A stretch of 62,956 nucleotides of DNA, filler included, from Octopus bimaculoides (GCF_001194135.2; 10 parts of 8 records of this genome joined end to end with filler, not necessarily neighbours in it); one strand, 5' to 3'. Counted from the first letter of the whole stretch, positions 1-13,830 are shown. Made by a program: numbers and translations. Notes: a model not told the origin generated them from the letters alone.

Positions 1-345
1 CCCAGGGCACCTATGACAATAGGTATTGTTTTAGTCTTCAGGTTCCGCATTTTGCTAATTTCTATTTCAAGATCTTTATATTTGCTCAGTTTTTGGTAGG
101 TCTTGACAGATACGCATATATCGATTGGGATAGTCATATCAATGAGGAGGCATGATTTTTGTCTGAAGTCTTTCAGTATGATGTCTGGCCTATTTGCGTC
201 TATCTTTCTGTCAGTTTGAATGGTGAAGTTCCAGAGGAGTGCGATGTGATCATTTTCAAGTACTGAGGGTGGTTTGTGTTCCCACCAGTTTTTATCATGG
301 GGCAAGTCCAGGTTTTTGCACATTACCCAGTACTATTATTATTTA
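1..345 (-). mobile_element. R4/Dong-like (R2 superfamily) non-LTR retrotransposon, RLE endonuclease fragment
   Basis: Minus strand reads YWVMCKNLDLPHDKNWWEHKPPSVLENDHIALLWNFTIQTDRKIDANRPDIILKDFRQKSCLLIDMTIP, then after a frameshift KLSKYKDLEIEISKMRNLKTKTIPIVIGALG. This is the PD..D..P / K..KY / VIGALG signature of RLE domains. Truncated by the window start. Confidence 0.85.
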
Positions 346-397
346 AGACGTCGCACAGTATGCAATATCCTGTTCTTGTTGCCTGAGTATATTGTGT

Positions 398-955
398 CTA
401 TCGGGAGTTTGTACTGTCTGTGAAGTCACAGCAAGGACTACAGACAGACAGTACTGTGCGAAATATCCGTGCAGTTCCTAGTAATGCCGATTTTTGCAAT
501 TCACCTAGATTGTAGTGTATTTCTGAAGCTTCCAAGTATTTCTTCAGCTTGGTTGATATTGAACCCAACGTTCCGCTTACAACAGGGAAAACATTTATGT
601 TCGAATTTTGTAGCTGCCTCATTTTGGCGATCTCATTTCTCAGGTCTCCATATTTATCAATCTTTTTTCTTTCTTTGAAGATAATATATTGATCCCCTGG
701 CACGACCACGTCGATTATTAGACACTGTTGTTTGTCCCTGTTAAAGGTTACTTTATCCGGCATACGGTGCTCTTACACCTTGCCTTTCTGGATGTTAAAG
801 TCCAAGAGGATTTTTGCCTCCACTTTTCGTCCATTACCTTTTCTCTGTGTATGTTGGTATGTTGGTACCAAACACTCGTATCCTATACTTCTGGCATAGC
901 AGCTAGTTAACCTTTTGACCCTCTTCCCACATAATCTGCAAAACGTTCGTCGCAC
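398..955 (-). mobile_element. Second R4/Dong-like retrotransposon 3' part (degenerate zinc knuckle plus RLE)
   Basis: ORF 773-955 carries CRLCGK. ORF 398-763 reads PDKVTFNRDKQQCLIIDVVVPGD..KIDKYGDLRNEI..VFPVVSGTLG..LQKSALLGTARIFR, a typical RLE C-terminus. Frameshifted. Confidence 0.85.
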
Positions 956-1315
956 TGTGATTCTCCCGTTGATTTCTATGTATGAGATTCAAACAACCAA
1001 TTTGCATTTTATAAACTTTATTTTTCTATTTCGTACTTGTATCGTTGTCTATAGCTCTTATGAGATTTTAATCTAGCCACTCTCTTACAGATATGACTAC
1101 AGATTAGAATATGAGATACATACGAGGAGATTGCCACAAAGACAACTCACTTCTATTGTCGATGAATGAAACATTGCTTTCTGTAGTTCTTTAATTTGTA
1201 TGACTTTTTAGCAAAGAAAACCATAAACTTTACCAAAGTGTAATCTTATCTGCACCTCTGCAGAGATCGGAATTTTGGGCATCATCCCAATTACATATAC
1301 ACAAGAACAGTGTCC

Positions 1316-1366
<51 letters not shown>

Positions 1367-1509
1367 CACATACATTCGTACGAATGTTCAAGCTGACACT
1401 GATGCCCACACATATTTGTGTGATAAACTGAATGCATTAGCCAATACAGCATAATAACCGTGTCCTTGGAAATATTAACTATAGGAAACGCGTACCGACA
1501 AAGACGTGA

Positions 1510-1900
1510 AACAATCGATTATTCTTATGGACAATGATAACCCTAGCATATTTTTTTCTTCTTCTATATAGCTGTTATTGTATATTCCAAGTGGTCTTTG
1601 TGTCTCTGTTTATTGACTGGTCCACGTTTATAAAAGTGTATTTTCTGTTTGAGATCAAATATGTATTTAGTTTATTCGACATATATTATCTTTCTACATT
1701 CAACACAATTGGCAAAATATATACCAATATAAATCTAAGGCTGATAGCAATCTGGACGTATGCATATAGGGACAGTGTTTGTATTCCACTATTGCAGTGT
1801 CTCCAGATATACAACACGATTACAGCGAGATAAGATTACGTCAGTTGTATCATTGTATATATTGCATAGAAATTTGTATCAATAATAAGAAATTCTATTC
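1510..1900 (-). mobile_element. Highly decayed Penelope-like element, GIY-YIG-like remnant
   Basis: One minus frame, with stops, reads IYIGIYFANCVECRKIIYVE*TKYIFDLKQKIH, resembling the IY..C..C...YVG.T...L..R..H pattern of PLE endonucleases. Confidence 0.35.
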
Positions 1901-2452
1901 AACCAATTTCTTACAATGATCCCTATATGAACACAGTCTTATTTTGTATTCATAATAGAAAAAAATTAATATATTAGAGTATATTATACATATATACAAT
2001 GTATTCATGCATTGAACACTATTATATTTCGATATTTTTATAATATATGAATAATTTTGTTGCTCTGATATTCTTTTCAAAATATTCCTGATGTTGTTGA
2101 AAATTAGTAAATTATCTTTTTTAAACATTGCCGCTCCTAAGAGAATATTTAGCACGTTCTTCACCGTTGTAATGCATTTACCTGCTTACTTGACGTTTCT
2201 GATAGCAAGGTAGGTGAGAAAATTCATGTACAGCTACGCATAGATAAATAAAAAATCAAACAAACTAACATTTGGAACGTTCAGTGTTTAATTCCAATCA
2301 AAATATCTATAATGGTGTCAAATATTTTATAGCGTAGGCATGTGTGTGTGACTGGGATGTGTCAGAGTGTGTGTATGTGCGCAAAATATATACATATATA
2401 TGTGAGTGTGCATGTGCATATATGTATGTATGTATGTATGTGTGTGTGTGTA

Positions 2453-2508
<56 letters not shown>

Positions 2509-2889
2509 ATTTCCCTTAGGCATAGGAATAATAATAAGCAGGTGTTATATCTAGATTTGCTTATACTTTAGCTTTAATCGTTAGGCGAGTAGAGAGCATA
2601 ATGTTAATTAATGAATTACAAAAACAAAAAGAAATCGTGTAACGTAATCACGTTCATTAGCCTAAAACCGTTTCTACGATAAGATGCAGTGCACCCCGAG
2701 TTGAGTGCTTCAGCAACATCATATATCTTCTTTGAATTCAAGCATACATGGAATGCGTATTAAAATAATATAAAAATTATATTAGGTAGAAAAGCATATT
2801 TTCCATAAAATTATGATAATTATTCATTAGTAGGTATACATACTATATAACCATAGAAAGACGTAGATGCCATATGTAAGTGGAGTGGA

Positions 2890-3620
2890 GAAAACAACAT
2901 GAAATTTAAAGCAGGAAAATTCTAATCCCTCCGTCATCAGCTACTTCCGGCTAACATGTCACAATAAAGATACTTTCGAGCAAAAGGAGCGTTAATACCA
3001 GAGTCAAGGACATTGCTTGTTCTGAGGATTGACAAGAGCAAAAACGCTTCGTTTCACGCGCATATCACAAAATTAATGGCGATATACATGCGAATGGCCG
3101 GATAGATTCTGAGAACTTTTAGAGCAAAATATGTAGAATTTATGTTGTTTCTATGGTGGGTATTTGTCTGCAGCCTTCTGGACTATTGCTCACTACTGTG
3201 GTCACCTCACAGTGTCAATTTAATAACAGAACTTGAGGCACTTCAGCAGTACTATACAAGAAAACTGCATCGAAACAACAGCTGAACAACTGAGAGAGCG
3301 CGCTAAAGTGCTACGAATCTGTCTCCTGGAGCGAAGATGGAAGTAATATTCGGTGATGTATGTTTGGAAGTTCCTGGAGCGCTTGGCACCAAACTTTGAC
3401 TTCGAGAGCTAGAGCAGCTCCCAAACTAGAAGTCACTGCATGGTTCATAGTTCTATAGGTTGCAACCATCTCATCTAGTGTGAGGACCATGTACTGAAAT
3501 AGCTTGGCACTCAAGGGCCCACAGCCTTGTTAAATCATCTAAGATCTCTGTACAGAGTGCAAATGGATGTTTTCCAGAAACATTTTGACGTCCTGCAGCC
3601 CAAAGTCTCAGATGAGCCTA
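2890..3620 (+). mobile_element. Decayed CR1/L2-group LINE, region after the RT core
   Basis: Plus frames read ILRTFR, LLDYCSLLWSPHSVNLITELEALQQYYTRK and LLERRWK*YSVMYVWKFLERLAPNF. Same region as in the LINE at 59635-60768. Confidence 0.7.
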
Positions 3621-3793
3621 CATCACGGTGAGAAACCTAAGAGAGGGCTGCGATATCGAATTTTCTCCCTCCCCACATGCGAATAACATAAGAATGGCCA
3701 TTGATAATAGTGCTGTCGTCCCGGCAAGGCCAGTGTCTGGGCTGAAACACATGAAAGAATGAAAGAGTAACGACTATATGGATGCACACGTTG

Positions 3794-3833
<40 letters not shown>

Positions 3834-5016
3834 ATCAAAACAGTTTGATTCAAATTCGTTGGTACTCTTGCGTTTCAAGCGTGATGCGAGTTGTCAGCCA
3901 TTTTCAATTTGTATGACAATAAGCCCGGTGACATACAGCTNNNNNNNNNNNNNNNNNNNNNNNNNNNNNNNNNNNNNNNNNNNNNNNNNNNNNNNNNNNN
4001 NNNNNNNNNNNNNNNNNNNNNNNNNNNNNNNNNNNNNNNNNNNNNNNNNNNNNNNNNNNNNNNNNNNNNNNNNNNNNNNNNNNNNNNNNNNNNNNNNNNN
4101 NNNNNNNNNNNNNNNNNNNNNNNNNNNNNNNNNNNNNNNNNNNNNNNNNNNNNNNNNNNNNNNNNNNNNNNNNNNNNNNNNNNNNNNNNNNNNNNNNNNN
4201 NNNNNNNNNNNNNNNNNNNNNNNNNNNNNNNNNNNNNNNNNNNNNNNNNNNNNNNNNNNNNNNNNNNNNNNNNNNNNNNNNNNNNNNNNNNNNNNNNNNN
4301 NNNNNNNNNNNNNNNNNNNNNNNNNNNNNNTATATATATCTTCAGGTGATTGTATGTGAGTGTGTGAAGTGTAATAAATTATTTTGGAAGTAAATCCCCT
4401 TCATGCGAAAGAAATATAACTAACAGAAAGTTATATAGTAATCATCAATTTATATTTCTATATGTACCACATCATTGTCCTCGGTATCCTCCGCAAATTC
4501 TACGAATCATTTATTTGCAGAAAAGTGACAATACGCGTCAAATTAGGCATCGAAAAGAAAGAAAGTATTTGATCTTTGACATTCTTATAGAAGCAGATAA
4601 CGACGGTAGACAGACATACTGTCGGAAAATCGAAACTCAAATACATAGAAAATATATGTTTAAAAAGTAATTTGACGTTGAATACTTTTAAAACAATTTT
4701 TTTTTATAATCCCATTCCGATGTGTATATGCATCAAATATATGTTTGCGTTTGTCTGTCTCATTATGAATAAGGGGTAGTTACGTGTTTGTGCATCTACC
4801 TAAATGTACAGTGCAATTACGAGAGACATTGGCGGATTTAGTGAATAAGACAGAAATACTAAAATACTATGGTAAACTAAAACAAACTTAACATCACAAA
4901 GAACCTAATCACTCTATGACAGCTGAATTCAATGTACCGTATATTTCGTGCCGCCTATTAGGCGGCTCAAAATCCTTCTATAGCTCTGTCTATGCTCTCT
5001 CGATCTCTTCTCTTCC

Positions 5017-5086
<70 letters not shown>

Positions 5087-6234
5087 TAGTACACACACTT
5101 CCTAGCACACACACAGAGACACACGCACACACACATACAGACAAACACGTACACATACCAAGATAACTTTTCCTATGTATTTATTTTTCACAGTATATTG
5201 CTCATTATTTTCACACGTTTCCCGTACTCATTTTTATCACTTGCTTATTTTCTTTGTTTATTCCAAGCTGTGTCATGTGCTATATGTACATACGCACGTA
5301 CACATGAACACGTACACGCACACACACACACATACACACACACACGTACACAAATTCACATGCACATGTCTGTCTGTGTATGTGCGCGGACCACTTGTCT
5401 TGGAATAAATGTATATTAATGTTTACGTCTGAGTTTAGTTGTTTTATTAAAGCTTTTTTTCAGAGTTCCTTGTCTTCAGTGTGTAGCGTCAACTTATTCT
5501 AAATCCATTAATCTAATAATATTTAGCAGATAACTCAGTTTCATCCTTATTTTTCATATGCGCTTTGCGTTGAATTGCTAGGTATCGCGAAAGTTCAGAA
5601 GACAGTTGTTTTCTATTTTCCAGGGCACGATTTAAATTTTTATTGGTAAGAAATATTCGTCAATTTCCATTATTAATCTCTTATGTCTTGTAACTACATA
5701 TTCCTTTTTGCTAGTATTTTTCTCTTAGTAAAACTCCCTTAGACACTCGTCTACTATTGTGTTTCGGTAAAAATTCTATATATAGGAACAGTGTTTTCTA
5801 TACGGTTGATTTTTTTTCTTTTTGTCATAAATGCTATATTTTAGTGTGTTGCAAAGTCTTAAAAGCATAGTCAATATACGGAGGAGTACTGCACTAGTAC
5901 AACCAATGCAGAAATTAATTTCATGGTGTGTAAAAATTTAATTCTTGAATACATACGTACACACACACAGTCACACACTTTCATACACAACCAATACACA
6001 TGCACACACACAAATACACACGCGCATACGCGCACACACACACGCACATGAAAACAGACATGAGATTATTAACTTCTAAATGATGATAAGAGATTTTCCA
6101 CCACAGATTGTTGAATTGAACAACGCCATGATCACAAAAACAGATCCTACCAAACAACGGAAGAACCTGTCACTCTCGTAAATTTACAGAAAAGAGAAGG
6201 AAAAACTGTGAGAACTCCAACAATATCTACTTTT

Positions 6235-6424
6235 CTACTCTAGGCACAAGGCCCGAGATCTTGGTGGAGGGCCCCAATGCACAACTGGTACTTAATTGAT
6301 CGACCTCAAAAGGATGAAAGGCAAAGTCGATATCGGCGGAATTTGAACTAAGAACGTAAAGACAGAAGAAATACCGCTAAGCATTTCGTCCGGCGTGCCA
6401 ACGTTTCTGCCACCTCGCCGCCAT
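6235..6424 (-). mobile_element. tRNA-derived SINE, family A (head GGCGGCGAG...)
   Basis: Reverse complement has a GGCGGCGAGGTGGCAGAAACGTT head, a B-box-like TTAGTTCAAATTCC and a central GACTTTGCCTTTCATCCTTT..GGTCGAT block shared with other copies in this window. Confidence 0.8.
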
Positions 6425-7824
6425 AAGAACTCCAGCAATGTATATACACAGAGCTATTTTATTCTTTTTTTTGTGTCTGTCGATCTGCACAATATATGTA
6501 TATATATATATATATCATTAATTAAAAAACACAGAGAAAATAAAGAAAAATGAGGACGTTACACAATGTACTAATATGACGCTCGGAGAATAAAAACAGT
6601 AGTTGTTTTGCCTTTGGTGAATGACTCTTCGTNNNNNNNNNNNNNNNNNNNNNNNNNNNNNNNNNNNNNNNNNNNNNNNNNNNNNNNNNNNNNNNNNNNN
6701 NNNNNNNNNNNNNNNNNNNNNNNNNNNNNNNNNNNNNNNNNNNNNNNNNNNNNNNNATAAGCATACACATACACACACACAATACGTGGAAACGTGCTTT
6801 GATATCATTTTTCTTTGTCGAGCTTATGTAAATGAGATTGGTAGAATATTGTGTCTTGTTGATTTATATTTGATAGTCCCCTTAAAAGTAGGGCTTAACA
6901 AACAGTAGCTATGTCAAAAGTAATAATGCAATTTTTCATATGATTGCAGTTGTCTCGATAATGTTGAAAGATCAAATAATTAGGAGTTTTAACATTAGAA
7001 GTTATTCCAATAGTATGAAGACAAAAGCGTACGATTCATTTTCAAATATAGTGCAGCTATGTTACCTTTTGTTATAAATGAAGTTATCAAGACTTGTTCT
7101 GTCTCAGCGGACTGCCAAATGATGTAGTAATTAATGTGCGTGGAAAGAACATCAAAAGTCTGAAATTATTTGCGTAAAGTACAGCAAAATTTCCTAGCGG
7201 TGATTTTAATCACGTTTGTTCGAGATCCTTTTGTTAATATGTTCTGTAGAACTTTTGTAACTTGCTGAAAGCACAACACAAGTGAGATTCAAATTATCTA
7301 AACAATACATAAATATATACAACTTGATAGCCCGTCACACGAACATAAGTAAACTAATTGATTTTAAAGTATTCAGCCAGTGTTAAAATTAAGAAAGGCC
7401 AGATGATTATGCTACGCTTTTTTAGAAACTTTTCGTCAAATCAGATCACCGATTATTAATGTAAAACTATAACACTCGATATTCCATTGTATGGAATCAT
7501 AAATCTATTCTACTGTCATAGTCTAGTAATATAGGATGTTAAGGATAGTTCGGTTTGCTGTAGCAACATCACATCATCACAATTGAAAAATTAGATTCCG
7601 TTAAAAGAAATAAGGAAATCACTCCAATCTATTATGGTATTATTTTTAATGTAATTTCTTTCTTCCAAAGATAATTGTGTTATGGACGATTTGCCTTAAG
7701 ATATTTCTGTCGAGTTTATTAAAGATAAAAATATCATACAGCCCCACACACGCGCGTTCGCGCGCGAACGTACACTGACAGACACAAATTACAGACAAAC
7801 ATACATATATACATATATGTGTGA

Positions 7825-7878
<54 letters not shown>

Positions 7879-8275
7879 CTGTGTGTGTGTGTGTGTTTCC
7901 ATGTCATGTGTGTATTTGTTTATGTTGTCTAGATAAATAGTCATATTTGTTTACAAAAGGGAACTCGAGGCAGACAAATGTATAAATAAGATCTTACGTA
8001 TTGGAATTAAAACCCTTTGGATAGAAAAATCGAATACTGTTTACAGAGTGTCCCACAGCCAATCTTCCATTTTTCTGCCGAATTCTATATTTAAACTCTC
8101 CCTTTGCTTAGCCGTATTCTCTTTGAGTTTCACTGTTAAAATGAATCAGTTCACGTCTCTCGCCGTTTCTAAATTATTGTAAAGTTAACAATACGCACAA
8201 ATATATAAATGCCTACACACAAATACACACATACACACACACAATACGCACACAGACACACACACACGCACACAG

Positions 8276-8307
<32 letters not shown>

Positions 8308-8324
8308 CATTTATTCTTTATTTC

Positions 8325-8472
8325 TTGCAGCCATTTCACTGCGGTCATGCTGGGGCACCGCATTCCAGGGTTTCAGTCACATCGACCATCGGACTTTATC
8401 TAAACCTAGTATTTATTCCATAGGTCACTTCTGCTGAACCGCTAAATTACGGGACCCTAAACACACCGGCAC
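8325..8472 (-). mobile_element. SINE family B, 3' tail fragment
   Basis: Reverse complement matches the tail of the family B copies at 39878-40255 and 57795-58002 (GCGGTGCCCCAGCATGACCGCAGT). Confidence 0.65.
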
Positions 8473-8619
8473 TCTCTAACTAGCGTTCAAAATAATTTTT
8501 TATATCGTCTTGGTCTAACAGCCCTTACCGTTTGTTCTCACTGTTCTGTCTTGTTCTCACTGTCCTGTTCTTGTTTGCACTTTCACCCTCCGCAAAAATT
8601 TCCAAATTTTAATCAATTT

Positions 8620-8890
8620 GCTTGCGAGAAGGACTGCTCCAACGAAGTCGCGTATTGTCCTTGCCTTCAAAACGCGGAGTAGATGGAGCAGAGACGACTG
8701 AAGAAGGGTAATATTCTTTATGTTGCATGTCTCGCTTCTCTGTTTTTTTCGTTGTTCGAAAAAAGTTCATTTTCTGTCTTCGTCTTTATGCTTTCGTTTC
8801 TTATTGTGTTTAACGTTTTTTGTGATGTCCTGTACCCATATATGCTTGTATGTATACATATAGATGTCGGTATGTACATATAAATATAGA
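8620..8890. repeat. Dispersed repeat family C, copy 1
   Basis: TTCGTTGTTCGAAAAAAGTTC..TGTGATGTCCTGTACCCATATATGC..TACATATAGATGT is shared with 59495-59625. Confidence 0.75.
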
Positions 8891-9239
8891 TATATGCAGA
8901 TAATTATATATTATTTATGTATACATATATATATATATACATGTACGTATGCAAACACGGATGCACATCCCTGTATCTGGATTATGCATTTTGTTCGTGG
9001 ATGGATGTGTACTCATAATTCTGGATTTTACATATATTTTATGTAATTTATGTCAAACTTGTTTCATAGGGTTGTAAACTCATGGTATTATGGTTCCATT
9101 AGTATGTGTAAATCATATGATATCATAGATATGTGTGATTCTCATATGCTGAATAGTGGTGGGTTCAGCATAAGTTGAAGGGGTACGTTTCATTTATGCA
9201 TGATGTTCATATAAGGCATATGTATGTATGCATGTATAT

Positions 9240-9300
9240 ATTTCTTTATTGCCCACAAGGGGTTAAACATAGAGGGGACACACAGGGACAGGCAAAGGGT
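9240..9300 (-). mobile_element. Isolated 3' terminus related to the Tx1-like LINEs
   Basis: ATTTCTTTATTGCCCACAAGGGG..AGAGGGGACA resembles the termini at about 33630-33675 and 34805-34850. It adjoins a TA/TATG-rich microsatellite. Confidence 0.5.
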
Positions 9301-9307
9301 TTAACTT

Positions 9308-9422
9308 GATTATATCGACCCCAGTGCGTAAATGGTACATATTTAATCGAACCCGAAAAGATAAAAGGCTAAGTCGACCTCGGCGGAATTTGAACTCAGA
9401 ATGTAGCGGCAGACGTAATACC
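9308..9422 (-). mobile_element. SINE family A, partial copy
   Basis: AAGTCGACCTCGGCGGAATTTGAACTCAGAA is shared with the copies at 6235-6424 and 56600-56725. Confidence 0.75.
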
Positions 9423-9689
9423 CATCTCTCTCTCTCATTTTCTTCTTTTCATCTTGTCTTCTTTTCTTCTCCTTTTCTCTACCTGTGGTCTTTTTTTCTT
9501 CTCTTCACGACTTTTGAATTTTGATCGCTAAATTCACAAGTGTTTTGTTTTTTATTCTTTCTTTCTTTATTTTCTATTATTCCTTTCCCTTGTGAGTTAG
9601 ATTGTTGAACTTTATCAATTTTGATTCCTCCTGTGTGTCTGGTGCTATCTCCTATCTGTGTTTGCATATTGGGTCTAAAAAAGATTCAG

Positions 9690-10130
9690 GTGATTGGGAC
9701 AGTAGCAGTTATGTTGTGAAATGCCCTGTTGTGATTTATGGTGCAGGTTCTTGGAAGGGTATTGAAAGGTGTGTCACTATATCCTATGTTCGGATGTGGT
9801 GTTTTAGGGGGCCGTCGTTGGTAATGATTATGTGTGGTACGGGTTTGTGGTGTGTAGTCTTTTAGCAGATTGCTGGAACGAAAATTTTGTTGGTAACTCT
9901 TTATGTGAGGGTGCAACGTTTGTATTCCAGGTAGTGATTTTTCATTTCTCTGTTTGATGTTGTTTCGCTGGTGGGTTACAACGTTAGTGTTAGGTCTTGT
10001 AGTCTTTTTTTGGTAGATGTGATGGTTCCGTTTTTTTTTAGATAGGTGTCTTTGTGCCTCAAGTTCATCTATAATGGCATTGATCTGGAGTTTGCGCAGG
10101 AGAATTAAATGTGCCAGATTGTGCCATTTT
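9690..10130 (-). mobile_element. Possible decayed Penelope-like fragment (linker between RT and endonuclease)
   Basis: ORF 9686-10165 contains LPGIQTLHPHIKSYQQNFRSSNLLK..YQRRPPK, loosely resembling the TYHP...YRRP.NL region of PLEs. Weak. Confidence 0.3.
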
Positions 10131-10254
10131 TCGTGTGTATCCGCTTTCTTGTTGTTTTGGATCATCTTCCAGAAGGCGGATTTCTATGTGGTACTATGTG
10201 GTGTTTCATTTGGTATGTTGTTAGTTTATTGATCCCATATGATGCCTTGTTCGG

Positions 10255-10480
10255 AGGCAAAACCAAAAACAGTCTACGTCAAAGAATGGCTCTACATAGA
10301 TCCCAGATCAAAATTCGTGAATACAGAAAAATAGCATTCAGCGAACACATCGACATTTGGACCACTAACAAACAACCCAGCTTCAGAATTTTCCTCTCTG
10401 TAAATTCAGGGATGATGCAACTTGTAGTCAGCGCATTAGTAAAGTGTTATATTTTAACACAAAATATAAACCCCTTTTGA
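10255..10480 (+). mobile_element. Penelope-like element, GIY-YIG C-terminal half
   Basis: GKTKNSLRQRMALHRSQIKIREYRKIAFSEHID..NKQPSFRIF matches the YIG.T.N.LR.R...H...I pattern of PLE endonucleases. Confidence 0.7.
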
Positions 10481-10730
10481 ATGTGTCCACCACAAATGAC
10501 TCGATTATAAGGGCCTTAGAATAATACACACGCAATATTAAAAACGATATATAACAATTACTACCGATGAATTTTTTCAGAACAATTCCAGTCACTACTA
10601 TTACAACTTCAACAGGTCACTTGACAATTTAAGAGGATTCCACCAACATCCTACTACTGCCAAGCCACTCCTGCCTTTTTTGCTATTATTTCTCTTCTTG
10701 TTCTTGTTCTTGTTCTTCTTGTTCTATTTT

Positions 10731-10762
<32 letters not shown>

Positions 10763-10800
10763 CTTCTTCTTCTTCTTCTTCTTCTTCTTCGTCGTCGTCG

Positions 10801-11030
10801 CAATGCTGGGGGGGGGACAAACACAAGCACACAAACATATACACACACATACATATATACATATATACGACGGGATTCTTTCAGTTTCCGTCTACCAAAT
10901 CCACTCACAAGGCCTTGATCGGCCCGAAGCTATAGTAGAAGACACTTGCCCATGGTGCCACGCAGTGGGAATGAACCCGGAACCATGTGGTTGGTAAGCA
11001 AGCTACTTACCACACAGCCACTCCTGCGCC
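10801..11030 (-). mobile_element. SINE family B (tRNA-like head GGCGCAGGAGTGGCTGTGTGG)
   Basis: A-box-like TGGCTGTGTGG and B-box-like GGTTCATTCCC on the minus strand, followed by the family body and an internal (TA/TG)n tract. Near-identical to 17955-18242. Confidence 0.9.
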
Positions 11031-11187
11031 TACTGGAAAATATACACATATCACGATGGCAAAATCAAAACGTTTCTTGTTTATAAATATTAGTTTTAAT
11101 TTGATATACTTTAGTCATAAAATACATAATTGAAGAATTGTTACAGCTTTTCTACTTAGCTTGCAGAATATAGATTAATTGAAAATA

Positions 11188-11218
<31 letters not shown>

Positions 11219-11631
11219 AAACAAAACGATTGGAAAGCAAAATTAGTCACGTCTCAATATTGAACAGAATGTTTGGGGACGATATTAATCAAGAACAATT
11301 ATACTTGTACGAATGCACGAACAGAATTTTATATGTAGCTGAGCACATTTTATTAGGTAATATGGAATTAATTATCTTCACATAATAAATAGTTATGAAA
11401 AGAAAGATATCTTTAGCACACAGACACAATTCTTACGTACAATTATGAAACAATGTTTTAACATTAGTTTGTAATGCATAACCAAATATAAGAAAAATGA
11501 ATGAACTTCGCTACCAACAAAAACATTCATCATATCTAATACATCATAAGGAGCTCACATATTGCACACACACACATATACATACATATATAAACACACG
11601 CATATGCAGACAGACACACACAAACACACAA

Positions 11632-11712
<81 letters not shown>

Positions 11713-11799
11713 CAAATAGATTTATATACATTAATGCAAACATAAGCTGAAAATAAGAGCTGATGCAGATCTCTTTCTAAGGAACATTGGTAAAATCTT

Positions 11800-12420
11800 G
11801 CTGTCTGAAGAAGAAAAATCGATCAGTTCGCTGAGGTGGTAGCGCAGAGTTATTTGACACGATGCAAACAATAAAGGGGATATATCATGTCACAACTTGG
11901 CACCCAGTGCCAACAACTTTATGAAATAAATCCTAGCTGATGCAGTGGCGGGAATAATCTGCGTCAGAATTACAAAAAGTAAACAAAAATATTAGCTCAC
12001 AGTGAACTCTTGTGAGAGTAAAAGGACTGAAAGAAAATATTGGTGGAACTTAAAAATTAAAAGAGCAACCAAGTTACAAGACAAGCAACCAGATATCATT
12101 CTGTGGGAACAAAAGGAAAATGCTCTTCTGAGGAAACCAGATGCCCTCTGGATTCCAGTGTGATCTGATAAATATTGGAGGAAGAGAACATTTATCGACA
12201 ATTTATGAGAAGTTTGCAAATCCAGTGCCCAAGATCCTTTTTCCGTTTAACACCTATTCCATTTGGAGTAAAAGTATTCATATCAGCTGGTCTCGAGCAA
12301 AGTCCAGACTTGGTGGGAGGGTATTCAACTCATTAATACACAAACTGCAAATGAATACGATATCTTGGAGATTACATATGAGCAAGGCATTCGGATGATT
12401 TTAATGATGATTAATAAACT
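11800..12420 (+). mobile_element. Decayed R2-superfamily RLE fragment
   Basis: Plus frames read YWWNLKIKRATKLQDKQPDIILWEQKEKC, CPLDSSV..EEENIYRQFMRSLQIQCP and LIHKLQMNTISW. Confidence 0.6.
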
Positions 12421-13399
12421 ATGTTTTCCTTCACAGTTTTGCTACCAAGATGAACGCCGGTCAAAATTAACTCTAAATACGAATGGGAAAACTAAAACAG
12501 ACACGCAGTAAGATACATACATATATAATGCATACATACATACATACACACATACATACATGCATAATTACATACATATATACATATAAACATATATACG
12601 CACACACATATATAACTGGTTGTCTCTTAAGTCTCAATGGAAGTGTATGGGCACAGTGATAATATACGACGTGTCTTCAGAATCTAAGACCTACAGGATG
12701 CCATTACACTTCAGCTCTGAAAACGGACAATGTATTAGGAGAAAGTGAGAATGAGTGAGGAGAGCAAATGAGAAAAAAAGACGTGACCCACACACACACA
12801 CCTAACTCGAACTCTATATATTAAACTCAAAATGATAGGTGTTTTGGCATTGTAGGCATTTTGGTGCCGTTAGTATTTGAGGACAGAGCGCTGAGCATCT
12901 AATCGAATTCTACAAGACATTGTTTCTGACGCGCTGTTTTGTGTCCAGTTTGTTGCTTACTCTATACAGAGTACAAGTAAGATTTACAATTTTTAATCGA
13001 ACTATTTCATTTCTGTTTTTCTGTTAAACTAAATACTACTGAACATATAACATTAGCATGAATACTACTCGCACTTTCAAATCGCTTTCTCCCATTATCT
13101 TATTGATCAAGGACTGAACACGTATGCGAAACTGTTTCACAAAGCTGAAACTCCTTGTAATCCTTTCCTTGATAACATTTACTCCTTATAAACCCCCTAC
13201 AACTAACATAAATAATTAACCTTCCAGGTGATTATAACTGAAAGAATCACTCACAAGAACTCAGTAATAATGTGTTTAGTTTCAAAAATAGAGTGACAAC
13301 GTCGACATTTGAAATTGTTCCTTATTTAATAATTACAAAGTAAGTGGCTTACTGATGTTTTTGTTGTTTTGTTTATTATTACCGTCAAGATGGCAGTGG

Positions 13400-13540
13400 G
13401 ATAATAAAATACTTAGCGTTACAGACAATGTACTTAGCAACATTACTTCCAGCTTAACGCTCTACATTCAAATGTCACTGAGGTCGACTTTGCATTTTCC
13501 CATTTGGGGTCGATGAAATATGTACCAGGTGGACACTATG
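13400..13540 (+). mobile_element. SINE family A, diverged copy
   Basis: CATTCAAATGTCACTGAGGTCGACTTTGCATTTTCCCATTTGGGGTCGATGAAATATGTACC central block. Confidence 0.6.
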
Positions 13541-13714
13541 GTCGTTGTAATAGGATATCACCTTTGCTCAAACTTTCAGGCTTTATGCCTCTTGTGGAAA
13601 AGAATATTATCACCATCAAGACTAATTATTTGATGCAACACATCATGATTAATGTTTTCCCTTTAAGCCGCAAAAACCATGGGGAATGAAAAGGAGAAAA
13701 AGAGAAGGAAGAGG

Positions 13715-13830
13715 GAAGGAGGAGAAGAAGAAGAAGAAGAAGAAGAAGAAGAAGAAGAAGAAGAAGAAGAAGAAGAAGAAGAAGAAGAAGAAGAAGAAGA
13801 AGAAAAAGAAGAAGAAGAAGAAGAAGAAGT
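13715..13830. repeat. (GAA)n microsatellite
   Basis: Long near-perfect GAA run; it is the source of the poly-E, poly-K and poly-F ORFs. Confidence 0.98.

Noticed and set aside
1534-1833. Hydrophobic 99-aa ORF as a membrane protein
   Set aside because: It is antisense to the decayed Penelope-like remnant, and AT-rich codons explain the hydrophobicity.
8693-8735. CTGAAGAAGGG..CTTT in repeat family C as a hammerhead
   Set aside because: The second half of the core (GAAA) is absent.
10801-11030. tRNA-like heads of the SINEs as tRNA genes
   Set aside because: A/B boxes are present, but they run into a shared repeat body and no full cloverleaf is supported.
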